Program-made: the position numbers and the translations under genes
Shown: positions 24,025 to 36,657 of the stretch, piece by piece
How the letters are laid out: the number at the start of each line of letters is the position of its first letter
Numbering within the stretch: position 1 is the stretch's first letter
The notes under the pieces: model-generated
Told to the model about the DNA's origin: nothing
Database searches by the model: none
Seen by the model: only the letters and a program-made list of their open reading frames with translations
NCBI GenBank assembly: GCA_020137815.1
Contig: CM035361.1
Span: forward strand, 5,766,001 to 5,830,000
DNA from: Hormiphora californensis
Lineage: Eukaryota; Animalia; Ctenophora
Length of the DNA stretch: 64,000 nucleotides
Direction: 5' to 3'

Positions 24025-24228
24025 GATGTTGAGTAAGAGTTATGACTAGTCGTAACTACCAGCTGTAGCAAGGGGAATAGATGTTGAGTAAGAGTTATGA
24101 CTAGTCGTAACTACCAGCTGTAGCAAGGGGAATAGATGTTGAGTAAGAGTTATGACTAGTCGTAACTACCAGCTGTAGCAAGGGGAATAGATGTTGAGTA
24201 AGAGTTATGACTAGTCGTAACTACCAGA
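24025..24228. repeat. 55-bp tandem repeat (~3.7 copies)
   Basis: GATGTTGAGTAAGAGTTATGACTAGTCGTAACTACCAGCTGTAGCAAGGGGAATA repeated exactly. Confidence 0.95.
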
Positions 24229-25056
24229 TTCAGAAAAGTTCCCTCACTATAACAGAGGGAGGATGTTTTCTCTCTCCTTCTCTCTAGACTGTTTAATGTA
24301 ATTATATGCATTGTTAACACGGTCATTGTCATTTGTTATATAATATATAATATATATATATAATATATTATATATATATATAATATAATGTTTGGAGACG
24401 ATATAATAACTTGGTCAACACGGGAATATGTTGTTTTGTCTAGCTAGGCAAGGAATAGGTACAAATCTCTTCGGGTGGGTTATCAAAAGGTCTTTTATAC
24501 TTGAGGCACACCCAATGGGTGCGCTAGTAGAGTCTAACAGAAGAAGAATAAAAGTCTAAATACTGCCTGCAACAAAAAAACTGTACAGGTGAGAAAGGGT
24601 TTAGTAAACTTGTAGATTGTGTCACTATAGAGTTAATATAATACACGAGTGCGTGACTGTCAGAAGCAGTGCAGCATGTGAGCATAATGATAATTGTCTC
24701 CGCAGCTCGTTGTATTGATCGTTTTGCTGGATATCAGCTGCAGGGAAGATAAGCAATTGTTTGATTACAATGTCACGGTCGCTTGTAGTGGGAAAACGGT
24801 AATGGAAAACGGAGATACAGTAAGAAGACGCGCAACCGTGACCAATCAGGGCGCTAGTACGTGCTGAACACATGCACTTTTTGCCGCACATTATGCAAAA
24901 TTATATATAATATCATATTGTCAAGAAAACTGAACCACACGGACCAAACTGGGCGAGGGTTCAAAGTGGCGAGATCAATTGCATGAAGCCGGGGAAGGAT
25001 TTTTACCCTGGCCCCACCGTGTCCTTACAAAATACGGTTTCAAAATCAATAGGATA

Positions 25057-25230
25057 CAGTCGGACCCCGATTTAGGGGCCCCCGATTTAGTGGCACCCCG
25101 ATTTAGGGACAGGATTTTTTTCCCCCGATATAGGAAATTAACCTTAAATTTGACCCCGATTTAGTGGACACCCCGATTTAGTGGACAAGAGCCTTTCCCC
25201 CGAGGGTGTCCCTAAATCGGGGTCCGACTG
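25057..25230. mobile_element. Second copy of the CAGTCGGACCCCG MITE (opposite orientation)
   Basis: Same TIRs, TA on both sides. Confidence 0.9.
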
Positions 25231-25696
25231 TATATGCATTGTGAAATATGAATTGTGAATATATTAACAGAGAGATGAAGAATATTTAAATCTCTAATTA
25301 GGGCCCATTGAGGCGTTTGTAGAATCAGCAGGAGTTTTAACAACCAATTGCTAAAATTGGCAAGGCTGATAGAAAGAAAGTTAGAAAGAGCGTGATAGAG
25401 ATCACGGAGCTGTGCAAAGAGCGTTAAATTTCTCTCGCTCCCTCTTTTCGTCGCACTCCCTCACTTTGGTGGTGCAATCACCTCACTCAACCCGCTCCCT
25501 GGACCTCGTTTTGCCGCCTGAGTGTGGTCTCAATTATTATAGGGGTGACTGCACCACCAATCCCTCACTATGTCTCATTTTCTCTCCAATATAATAGCTT
25601 CAAAAATGGAGCTACCAACTGCTTCTAGCATAGCACGACTAACAGTTATTATACACGAGCCCTATAATTTAACCATTTATCATTAGGGGGAGAAAG

Positions 25697-25783
<87 letters not shown>

Positions 25784-25969
25784 TTTAGTGATAACTACCA
25801 ACTAGGACGGACACGGGATCATTTCCCTTTATATAACCATTCTCTCTCACTTTTTGTTATTCACCCTCTCCCTCTCTCTCTATCCCTCTCTCTATGTGAC
25901 CAGCTCTTAAATTGGGGACGAATAACATGGGTTATTTGTTACGTCACTACGTCACTACGTCCCAGGACG

Positions 25970-26084
25970 ATTTGGATTACACATCACCTTTCTTTTTGGA
26001 TTACACATCACCTTTCTTTTTGGATTATACGTCACCTTTCTTTTTGGATTATACATCACCTTTCTTTTTGGATTATACATCACC
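25970..26084. repeat. 24-bp tandem repeat (TTTGGATTAYACRTCACCTTTCTT)
   Basis: About 5 copies. Confidence 0.9.
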
Positions 26085-26204
26085 TATTCATCGAAACCAT
26101 GGTAATAATTTTTAAAATTGTCACTCAGCTGATCTGGTCGCCCCAGTTCTAACTTATAATCCATACATTTATTTTAGTGATCTCTACATGGTAATACAGT
26201 GACT

Positions 26205-26502
26205 TGGGTGGCAGGGTGGTGTAGTGGCCAGTGCACTCGCCTTCCACGGGCTAGGTCACAGGACACAGACCGTTCGAGCCTGGACTAGCGCAATACCACC
26301 TAGAACCGCCAAACTATGATTGGTAGAGGCTCTTTCGAGAGTTTCGCAGACGGTGCATATCTAACCAATATGGTTGCCTGCCTGGGGTGGCGCCCGAGCT
26401 ATGCTGCAGAGAAATCACTAATCAGCGCCAAAAAATGGACCGTCGCTGAACGCCATGAGAAATAGGAGATCAGCACCACGGCATCGTTCCGACCTACTTT
26501 TT
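26205..26502 (+). mobile_element. tRNA-derived SINE
   Basis: A box TGGTGTAGTGG, B box GTTCGAGCC, T-rich 3' end, imperfect TSD ACAGTGACT / ATAGTGACT. Confidence 0.7.
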
Positions 26503-26599
26503 ATAGTGACTCAATCAAATCAATCAATTTATTGGTTAACGTTGTTTTACGTAATGGCTAGAGGCATTTTAGCCGAAACTTCGTAATTTACTGTATATT

Positions 26600-27600
26600 T
26601 CCCCTGCCAGGGTGGATGCCCGAGGGGCATGAATCCCTGGGTGGCGCACGAGTTTTTATTTGCGCGTCGGAAACTTGTTTTCGCTCTCACGCCTTAGTTT
26701 CTTAACCAATTTCGTCAAACCAAAGTTTTACAGACTCACAAAATTATGCTTTTTCCGATGAATGCGGTTTTTTGCCGAAAAGTGAGAGCAAGTGGGGGCC
26801 GTCACCCGCAAATACGACGCCGCGCGTGAAAAGGGAGGTGACAGTTTCAAAAAATCCGACTTTAAAAGATTCATAAGACGGCGCCCCTTCATTCTTCAAC
26901 GTATCTTACACTAACTTAGGCCTTGACATTTCCTACCAGATAAACTTTGAATTAGCCAAAACGGTTAGAGCCATTTTAGTGAATAAACTTTTTTGGCAGC
27001 GCGCACCTGTAAACAGGTCACGAAACACCCAGATCGTAACGGCGCCCGTAAATGACAGCGGGAAAAAGGGAAAAATAAATATAAAAGGAACACGTGTGCG
27101 GAAAAAACGAACAAATTCTTTCGTGAAAAAGTTTTTTGTTCGATTGGCTGGGATCACGCCCGCGCGCTAAAAATTTATCAAACGCGCAGCGCGGCGAAGA
27201 AATGCAACGTACAAAATACATGACCGCGTCTTCCGTGAAGTTGTCTTAGATTTTGGACCTTTTGTCTGTAGAGTATTTAATCACTAGAGATTCAACTCCC
27301 TTAAAGTCCGATTTTTAATAAAGCGAACCGCAAAAAATTCCCACGCACCGTGGGAAAGTTTTTTGTCGGTTGTTTTGATCATATCTCTGGCTCCTGATAA
27401 GATAAAGACTTGATCCTGGTTGCGTTGAAAAGAAAAAAAACTGTATCTTTCTAATGCGACCAATGAAAAGTCTCTATCATTATCAGGAACTGGATTTAGC
27501 ACGCGCAAATGGAATTATGTTATTATTAATGCGCGCCCCCGGTTCGCATTATTAAAAATCGCACTTTAGCAGTAAACATTTTTTTTCGAGGGGGTGGCGG
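26600..27600. repeat. Interspersed repeat remnant(s) sharing CCTGATAAGATAAAGACTTGATC..GGTTGCGTTG motifs with ~32800-33320
   Basis: Shared ~60-bp motifs at 27393, 32945 (inverted) and 33142; class unresolved. Confidence 0.5.
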
Positions 27601-27627
27601 CCAACATCGGCCTGAATATAAATACGT

Positions 27628-27965
27628 TAGTGTCTGACGGTGTATAAGGTCCAAATGAGGCACGGAGTTTTTCTGAATCAGCTTTTGAAGACGAATCCAA
27701 CGCAACCGGAATTAGCTTTCTATCTTATCGGGAAGGTGTGGTTCACTTTTTTCATTTTTAGCCGTGCGAGCCAATCAGAGGGCTGGATTTCGAAATTCTG
27801 GCTTCTGATTGGCTCGCGCGGCAAAAATGACTAAAAATGAGCGTGAGTGAACCGAACCTTCCCGATAAGATAGAAAGCTAATTCCGGTTGCGTTGGATTC
27901 GTCTTGAAAAGCTGATTCAGAAAAGCTCCGTGCCTCATTTGGACCTTATACACCGTCAGACACTA
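27628..27965. mobile_element. hAT-like palindromic MITE (TAGTGTC..GACACTA)
   Basis: 8-bp TSD AAATACGT at 27620-27627 and 27966-27973; long inverted arms. Confidence 0.9.
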
Positions 27966-28177
27966 AAATACGTGTATACACTTAATGCAATTATAATCAA
28001 AACTGTAATAAATTAAATATAAAAATAGAGTCAGTTACCCAACTTGGTATAGCTGCTCGTCCCTGTTGCCTTCGCCCCTCAATCTTCCCCGATGCACCCT
28101 GATGGAGATGGTTATTGATACAAGAATCTCCTCCAAGCTAATTAATTTACCGAAAATGATTTTTCACCGATTTTTGA

Positions 28178-28274
28178 GGGCGGAATCACACCAAGATCTT
28201 CGAAAGAATTGTTTCGACGCACCAAACTCAATCACAAAAACAATTCTTTCGAAGATCTTGGTGTGATTCCGCCC
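28178..28274. mobile_element. Small palindromic MITE (GGGCGGAATCACACC TIR), possibly PIF/Harbinger-like
   Basis: ~36-bp perfect inverted repeats; flanks TGA/TTA. Confidence 0.7.
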
Positions 28275-28537
28275 TTACATATTTTACTTAATATACATGT
28301 ATACACTTACCTACCAAAATCAACAAAATCAAAACAACTGTCATAACAAGCTCTATTAAATAGCACTGTCTGCAAAACGTACTGTCTACCAAGTTTGAGG
28401 CAGCTGAAGCTGTCTATACTTTATTGGATACTTTTCCTGCTGCAGAAAATAGCATTAAAAGTTTTTTGTTTTTTTTTCTTATTTTTTTAGTCCGTCCCCG
28501 TGCGAGGAAAATCGCTAAACACACTAAAAACAAAATG

Positions 28538-30104
28538 GGCAATTTTGCATTTGCGGGCATCGCACTATAGACGCAGTACCCACGTACTATAGACGCATTA
28601 TAAACGCATTATAAACGCATTATAGACGCATTATAGACACACGCAATATAGACGCAATTTCGTAAGCAGCACTATAGACGCAATATAGACGCATTATAAC
28701 AGCAATATAAACGCATTTTTATAGACGCGACGCAGTATAGCCGCATTATAGGCGCACTACCCACCCCAAAATCACCTTATAGACGCACTATAGACGCATT
28801 ATAGACTGACTATAGCAGCACCATAAACGCTACATAGACCCATATAGACGCATGATAGAAGCATTATAGACGCAAATCGCTTTTTATAGACGCCGCGTCT
28901 ATAAAAAACGTGCTTTTTTAAGAAGCACTATAGACGTACTCAGACGCACGCTGCGATATTTGAGGCGCAGTTGGGCGAACTATAAACGCATTTTTGTCGC
29001 ATATAAAAGGAAGCAGTATAGACGCATTATAGACGCATTATAGCCGCATGTGTGCGAAATCGATAAAGACGCAATATAGACGCAAAATAAGAAGGAGAGG
29101 GAGAGAGACTAGAGGGAGGGAGGGAGGGAGGGAGGGGAGGAGGAGGGAGGAGAGGGAAGGAGAGGGAAAGAGGGAGGGATACAGAGACAGATCAGACAGA
29201 GACAGATGGACACATGGATCTGAGACAGACGGACAGAGTAAGATGGAGAGAGATTAAGATGGAGAGAGAGAGAGTGAGACAGAGAGGGAGATAGTAAGCG
29301 CGTGTTTGTCCGTCCGTCTGTCTCTGTCCGTTTGTTTCCATCTCTGTCTTTTTCTGTCTCACTCCGTCCCTATATATCACTCTCTTTCCATGTTACTCTC
29401 TTTCCATCTTACTCTGTCCTTCTGTCTCAGGTCTTTATCCGTCTGTCTCTGTTTCTGTCCCTGTATCCCTCCCTCAGTCCCTCCCTCTCTTAATCCCTCT
29501 TTCCCTCTCCTTCCCTCTCCCTCCCTCCTTCCCTCTCCCTCCCTCTCCTTCTTATTTTGCGTCTATATTGCGCCTTTATCGATTTCGCACACATGCGGCT
29601 ATAATGCGTCTATAATGCGTCTATACTGCTTCCTTTTATATGCGACAAAAATGCGTTTATAAAACGCCCAACTGCGCCTCAAATATCGCACTGTAGCCTG
29701 AAGTACGTCTATAGTGCTTCTTAAAAAAGCACGTTTTTTATAGACGCGGCGTCTATAAAAAGCGATTTGCGTCTATAATGCTGCTATCATGCGTCTATAT
29801 GGGTCTATGTAGTGTTTATGGTGCTGCTATAGTCAGTCTATAATGCGTCTATAGTGCGTCTATAAGGTGATTTTGGGGTGGGTAGTGCGCCTATAAAGCG
29901 GCTATACTACGTCGCGTCTATAAAAATGCGTATATATTGCTGTTATAATGCGTCTATATTGCGTCTATAGTGCTGCTTACGAAATTGCGTCTATATTGCG
30001 TGTGTCTATAATGCGTCTATAATGCGTTTATAATGCGTTTATAATGCGTCTATAGTACGTGGGTACTGCGTCTATAGTGCGATGCCCGCAAATGCAAAAT
30101 TGCC
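28538..30104. mobile_element. Mutator/Foldback-like palindromic element with (TATAGACGCA)n arrays
   Basis: 9-bp TSD AACAAAATG at 28529-28537 and 30105-30113; GGCAATTTTGC termini; ~560-bp arms around a purine/pyrimidine core. Confidence 0.92.
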
Positions 30105-30685
30105 AACAAAATGAACTAAAAACAGTTTCTCGAAGATCCACAGGCTTGTGGGGAATATAGTTCCGCAGGAGTATGGAGCTGGAGGATGGATAAGTGTGGA
30201 GGAAAACAGGACAGGAACGTTGAAAGGATCTAAAGTGGGATACGCTAGAAGGGAAGTAGGTGCCACCTCATCCCGAGGGGAGCACCCGGGGCAAACGAGT
30301 AACGCCCGGCAAGAAAGACGAGTCGATCCGACCGGGCGACCCGCTCACCCCAGGCCCTCCCCAAGAGAAAGGGGCGTGGGTGTTACGGTTAGAGCTAGAG
30401 GGGAAAAGAGGTCCCATCCTTCTCAAGGGGAGCACCCAGGGCAAACGAGTACGCCCGGTATGAACGAAATGGTCAATTGACTAGGTATAGTTCGATCAGA
30501 CCGGGCGACCCACTCACACCAGGCCCTCCCCAAGCGAAAGGGGGTGTCTGGGTTAGATCGCATAATCATACTATTATTAAAGCAAATAGGGAAATGATGG
30601 GTGATGATATTTTTACCAAATATGGCATTTTGCACGTGCAAGTTTAGAGGTGGAGTACTATAGCTGGAGTGGGGCCAGGGGTGTG

Positions 30686-32689
30686 TGTGGTGGGAGAAAT
30701 GGCTCACCCTAGAACAATTGCAAGTTAATAGCAAAAATGCATAATAACCTGTAAATCACTTGTAATTCGAAGTTCAAACTAGTTTTGAAATAGTTTTGAA
30801 ATTTTTTTAGAAAAATTTTAGTTTTGAAATAGCTTTTGAAATAGTTTTGAAATAGCTTTTGAAATAGTTTTGAAATAGCTTTTGAAATAGCTTTTGAAAT
30901 AGCTTTTGAAATAGCTTTTGAAATAGTTTTTGAAATGGCTTTGGAAGGGTGGTAGAAATGGCTCATGTGGCTCATCTGGCAGCTGCACGATCATTATGAA
31001 CACAAGGACATTCATATAAAAGCGAAAACCAGTGTACCCGACTAATTTGAATACGCTGAATCACGTGAGCAACTCTGGCAAGCGCTCAGATGTGAAGAAA
31101 GTGCCCTAATTGAGCATAATTGGGTGTAATTGACCGGACTTACAACTTTTCTCCTGGAAACGCTAGAAGTTAATGTGAGGGCACTTTTCCGACTAACTTT
31201 GATACGCTGAATCACGTAAGCAACTTTTCCAAGCCCTAAGAGGCGGGGAAATTGCCCTAATTGAGTCTGATTGGGTCTAATTGACCATAATTGCTCAATT
31301 AGGGCACTTTCTTCACCTCTGAGGGCTTGGAAAAGTTTTTTACGTGATTCAGCGTATCAAAGTTAGTCGGAAAAGTGCCCTCACATTAACTTCAGATAGC
31401 GTTTTCAGGAGAAAAGTTGTAAGTCCGGTCAATTACACCCAATTATGCTCAATTAAGGCACTTTCTTCACATCTGAGCGCTTGCCAGAGTTGCTCACGTG
31501 ATTCAGCGTATCAAAGTTAGTCGGAAAAGTGCCCTCACATTAACTTCTAACGTTTTCAGGAGAAAAGTTGTAAGTCCGGTCAATTACACCCAATTATGCT
31601 CAATTAGGGCACTTTCTTCACATCTGAGCGCTTGCCAGAGTTGCTCACGTGATTCAGCGTATTAAAATTAGTCGGGTACACTGGTTTTCGCTTTTATATG
31701 AAATAGCTTTTGAAATAGCTTTTGAAATAGCTTTTGAAATAGCTTTTGAAATGGCTTTTGAAACAGCTTTGGACGGGTGGTAGAAACGGCTCATGTGGCT
31801 CATCTGGCAGCTGCACGATCATTATGAACACAAGGACATTCATATAAAAGCGAAAACTAGTGTACCCGACTAATTTTAGTACGCTGAATCACGTGAGCAA
31901 CTCTGGCAAGCGGTCAGATGTGAAGAAAGTGCCCTAATTGAGCATAATTGGGTGTAATTGACCAGACTTACAACTTTTCTCCTGAAAACGCTAGAAGTTA
32001 ATGTGAGGGCACTTTTCCGACTAACTTTGATACGCTGAATCACGTAAAAAACTTTTCCAAGCCCTCAGAGGTGAAGAAAATGCCCTAATTGAGCAATTAT
32101 GGTCAATTAGACCCAATCAGACTCAATTAGGGCAATTTCCCCGCCTCTTAGGGCTTGGAAAAGTTGCTTACGTGAATCAGCGTATCAAAGTTAGTCGGAA
32201 AAGTGCCCTCACATTAACTTCTAGCGTTTTTAGGAGAAAAGTTGTAAGTCCGGTCAATTACACCCAATTATGCTCAATTAGGGCACTTTCTTCACATCTG
32301 AGCGCTTGCCAGAGTTGCTCACGTGATTCAGCGTATTAAAATTAGTCGGGTACACTGTTTTTCGCTTTTATATGAATGTCCTTGTGTTCATAATAATCGT
32401 GCAGCTGCCAGATGAGCCACATGAGCCATTTCTACCACCCGTCCAAAGCCATTTCAAAAGCTATTTCAAAAGCTATTTCAAAAGCTATTTCAAAAGCTAT
32501 TTCAAAACTATTTCAAAAGCTATTTCAAAACTATTTCAAAAGCTATTTTAAAACTAAAATTTTTCTAAAAAAATTTCAAAACTATTTCAAAACTAGTTTG
32601 AACTTCGAATTACATGTGATTTACAGGTTATTATGCATTTTTGCTATTAACTTGCAATTGTTCTAGGGTGAGCCATTTCTCCCACCACA
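30686..32689. mobile_element. Double-foldback palindromic element (TGTGGTGGGAGAAATGG termini) with (GCTTTTGAAATA)n arrays
   Basis: Outer arms ~600 bp inverted; interior repeats the same module in alternating orientation; same terminus motif at ~1184-1206. Confidence 0.85.
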
Positions 32690-33915
32690 GCAGGGTTAGA
32701 ATTCGAAAACGACATTTTGGTATACTAACTAAATCGGTAGAGGGACCATTTTGGTCACACTTTCGTTGCGAGGGGCAACGGTGTAGCAACTAGAGCCGCG
32801 CGCACAGTGACGAGCTATAAAGTCCAATTTTTTATTTAAGCGACAGGCCGCCACGCATCAAAATGCAGCGCTTGAAATCGATTTCCGGTTCCTGATAAGC
32901 TAGCGACTTTTTCTTGGTGCCATTGGAAAGATAAAATTTTTATCTTTCCAACGCAACCAAGATCAAGTCTTTATCTTATCAGGAACCGGAGATATGACCA
33001 ATTAACTAATTGAGTGCGCGGCGGCCTGTCGCTTAAATAAAAAATTCGACTATAGTCGAATTTTTTAATCAAGGGACAGGGGGCCGCGCATTTACAAAGT
33101 CTTTTTGCGCGTGCTAAATGTTTTTGCTCATATCTCCTTTTCCTGATAAGATAAAGACTTGATCTTGGTTGCGTTGAAAAGGTCTTAAAATTATCTTTCC
33201 AACGCTTCCGGGTTCAAGTCTTAAGATTGCCAGGAACTTGATCTCGATTGTCACGCGCAAATACAACGCCGCGCGACCTCTCTGAATGCGCGGCCCCTGT
33301 CCCTTGATTAAAAAATTCGACTTTACTCCTTCATCAAACACCTCATTGACACAGTTTGATGGACGTGTGTGCGCGCGCCACTCAACAAAACATGAAATGC
33401 TCTGCCGCGCGTTTCGCGTGTTACACATTTTACACATTTTCATCTTGCGAGTCGAGTGTGAGAGGTTAGATAAGTTGGAATGTCAAAAGCTGGTTAGCAA
33501 GTGTCATGTGATTGGGAGTTAGCTAACTCTAAGCTATGTGAGAAGTATACTGACAGCTAGATCGTATGCATCTCACATTACATTATGACCAAGCCTTGAT
33601 CCTGTTGGCAGTGACAATGTCACTGACATGTGAAACGGTAGGGCAGGGAAACTCAGCATTATGAACACATAATGCAATAATTCTTGTTTGGAATGATTGA
33701 CAATGCTCATTCTTATCAAAAATGGATTTTTTTCATGATCAATTTTGGCCAAACCAATTATTCATCTCATGAATTTATAGTTCCGAAATATTAGCGCTCC
33801 ACAATACCTGTAGAANNNNNNNNNNNNNNNNNNNNNNNNNNNNNNNNNNNNNNNNNNNNNNNNNNNNNNNNNNNNNNNNNNNNNNNNNNNNNNNNNNNNN
33901 NNNNNNNNNNNNNNN

Positions 33916-34860
33916 GCTGTGGACCCCCGTTGGGTACAGGTTGAGGACAAGGTTTGTTGATTTTGAGGAACCATTGAGGACACATGTGAAATTTGGGTAT
34001 TAGATTGGACGCTTGCATTTTTCCGTGGGACACATTGAGGACAGGTTGGGACAGGTTGAGGACAGGTTGAGGACACGTGTGGACAGGTTGTGACAGGTTG
34101 AGGACAGGTGAGGACAGGTTGAGGACAGGTGAGGAACGTGTGACAGGTTGTGTGACAGGTGAGGACCGGTTGAGGACAGGTTGAGGACAACATTGAGGAC
34201 CACATTTGTGAAAAAACTTTGGGGTAGTAGATTTGGACCGCTTCCATTTTTCTCGTGGACACATTAAGGACACATTGAGGACACATTGTGGACAAATTGT
34301 GGGACACGTTGAAGACAACATTGTGGACAGTCTGGAACACATTGTGACCACATTGGGACCAGGGTTGTGGACCGGTTGAGGAAAGGTTGAGGACAGTTGT
34401 GGACAGGTGAGGACAGGTGACGACACAGTGAGGACAAATTTGGGACAAATTTGGGGGGTCTGGTTGGGTAGGTATTAGATTTGGACGCTTCCATTTTTCT
34501 CGTGGACACATTAAGGACACATTGAGGAACATGAGGACACATGTGGACACGTTGAGGGACACATTGTGGACGTTGAGAACACATTTTGTGGACAGGTCTG
34601 TGGACAGGTGAAGGAAGGTTGAGGAACACATTGAGGACACATTGTGGGACAGTTGAGGACCACATGTGGACAAGTATGAGTGAGAAACACATGGGACAGG
34701 TTGTGGGACAGGTTGCAGGACAGGTTGAGGACACGTTGTGGACAGGTGTGGACAGGTTTGAGGGAAGTCTGGGACACATTGTGGAAAAATTGAGGACACG
34801 TTTGGGACCGGAAAATTTTTTTCTGGAATGCATGACACGTTTCATTTTTCTGACTTGTGG
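33916..34860. repeat. GGACAGGTT/GAGGACAC satellite-like array next to an assembly gap
   Basis: Degenerate ~11-bp periodicity; translations are low-complexity. Confidence 0.85.
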
Positions 34861-35249
34861 ACCTCCCCCCCACGCCCCGGTTTGAACAAAACAAGGTTAT
34901 CCCTATCAAAAAAATGGATTTGAGTGCTAGAGGTCTAAATTTGGTCAAGGTATTAGTTGTCTCAGAGAATACTGGCAGGTCGGTAGAACTTCGACAGAAT
35001 TTAGGGCAGCGATTAAGTGGCTGAATTTAGGGAGGTCTGAATTTAGGGAGGTCTGAATTAGGAAGGTGAATTAGGGAAGGTCTGAATTTAGGCAGGTATG
35101 AATTACTAAGCATGTGGGAAGTTGATTCGGCGAAGGCTTATTAGCGTGTGCTGTGAGAACGAACGGATAGTGGAACATGATCGGGGAAGCCAATCAGGAG
35201 TGTTAGACGATATGAGACACGATTCAGTGCAAGGTTTCTACGCTTCCAT

Positions 35250-35680
35250 CCAAGACATCACAAGAATCAAAGACATCACAGAGACCATCACAAAGAATCA
35301 CAGACATCACAAGCCACCCAAAAAAGGACATCACCAAGACATCACAAGACATCACAAGACATCACTAGACATCAAAAGACACACAAGACACACAAGACAT
35401 CACAAGACATCAAGACATCACAAGACATCAAAACATCAAAAGGACATCACAAGACACACAAGACATCACAAGACAACACAACGAAACATACAAGACATCA
35501 CAAGACATCAAAAAGACCTCAAAAGACTCACAGACATCAAAAGACATCACAACATCACAAGACATCACAAGACATCACAAAGACATCAAAGACATCACAA
35601 GACATACACAAGAAATCACAACCATCACAGACATCAAAAGGCATCACAAGAACATTCACAAGACATAACAAGACATCGAT
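35250..35680. repeat. (ACAAGACATC)n minisatellite
   Basis: Degenerate 10-bp unit. Confidence 0.9.
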
Positions 35681-36094
35681 CTCAATCATCCAGTAAAGAA
35701 GTATAAACAGTAGAGGCAGGGACAGCATCTCAGGAGCTTGTAGTAGAGATCCATCTGTAAACTGGTCCGAGTGGGAACTGCCCTCAATGGAACAATTCAG
35801 CTCCTGTAAGTATTCCTTTCGTCGGAACTCGGGCGGGTATTGGATTACTCGGCGGGGTCCCAGCGGGAAACTCGGCGGGCACAAACATGAGACGTTAGTA
35901 TGTTTTCGGGTTACATTACATTCACGTTACGACATACGTCGAAATACTCGGCGGGTCTCATCGGGAACTCGGCGGGCCAAACATGAGGCTGTTAGTATTA
36001 GGTTACATTCATGATTCATCCCACAACAATGCAGTGCTGGCAAGCACTACGGTGTAAATATTATATATGCACACGGTTCCCCGTGTACAGTCCA

Positions 36095-36460
36095 TCACTG
36101 TCCTTCCCTGTCCTTCCCAATCCTTTCCTGTCCTTCCCTGTACTTCCATGTCTTACCATGTTCTTCTCTGTTCTTCCTGTCTCATGTCCTCACCAGTCTC
36201 CCATTCCTTCCCTGTCCTTCCCTATCCTTCCCTTCCTTCCCTATCCTTCCCTGTCCTTCGCTGTCCTTCCCTGACCATTCCTGTCCTTCCCGTCCCTCCC
36301 TGTCCTTCCTATCCTTCCCTGCCCATCACTGTCCTTCCCTGTCCTTCTCTATCCTTCCCTGTCCTTCCCTATCCTTCGCCGTCCTTCCCTGTTCTTCCCT
36401 GTCCTTCACTGTTCTTCACTGTATTTCCCTGTTCTTCCCTGCACTTCACTGTCCTTCCCA
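36095..36460. repeat. (CTGTCCTTCC)n minisatellite
   Basis: Degenerate 10-bp unit. Confidence 0.9.
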
Positions 36461-36657
36461 GTCCTTTTGGTGACGCAGTCACCCTTACAACTCACGCGCG
36501 AAAACGAATCCCGCGAAGCTTGTTGTAAGGGTGACAGAATCGATATCACATTTTTGTAAAAATCGTAGCTCCTTCATTTTTTATCCAATTTCGTCCATCT
36601 TTTTACCAATCTTCCTCATTTTTAACAAGTAAGGGGATTAAAGGCGGATTTAGGCCC

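Noticed and set aside
24025-24228. CRISPR-like regular repeat
   Set aside because: Units are identical head-to-tail with no unique spacers; eukaryotic context, no cas genes
33762-36528. Long ORFs (358, 211, 194, 153 aa)
   Set aside because: Translations of minisatellites, some spanning an N gap
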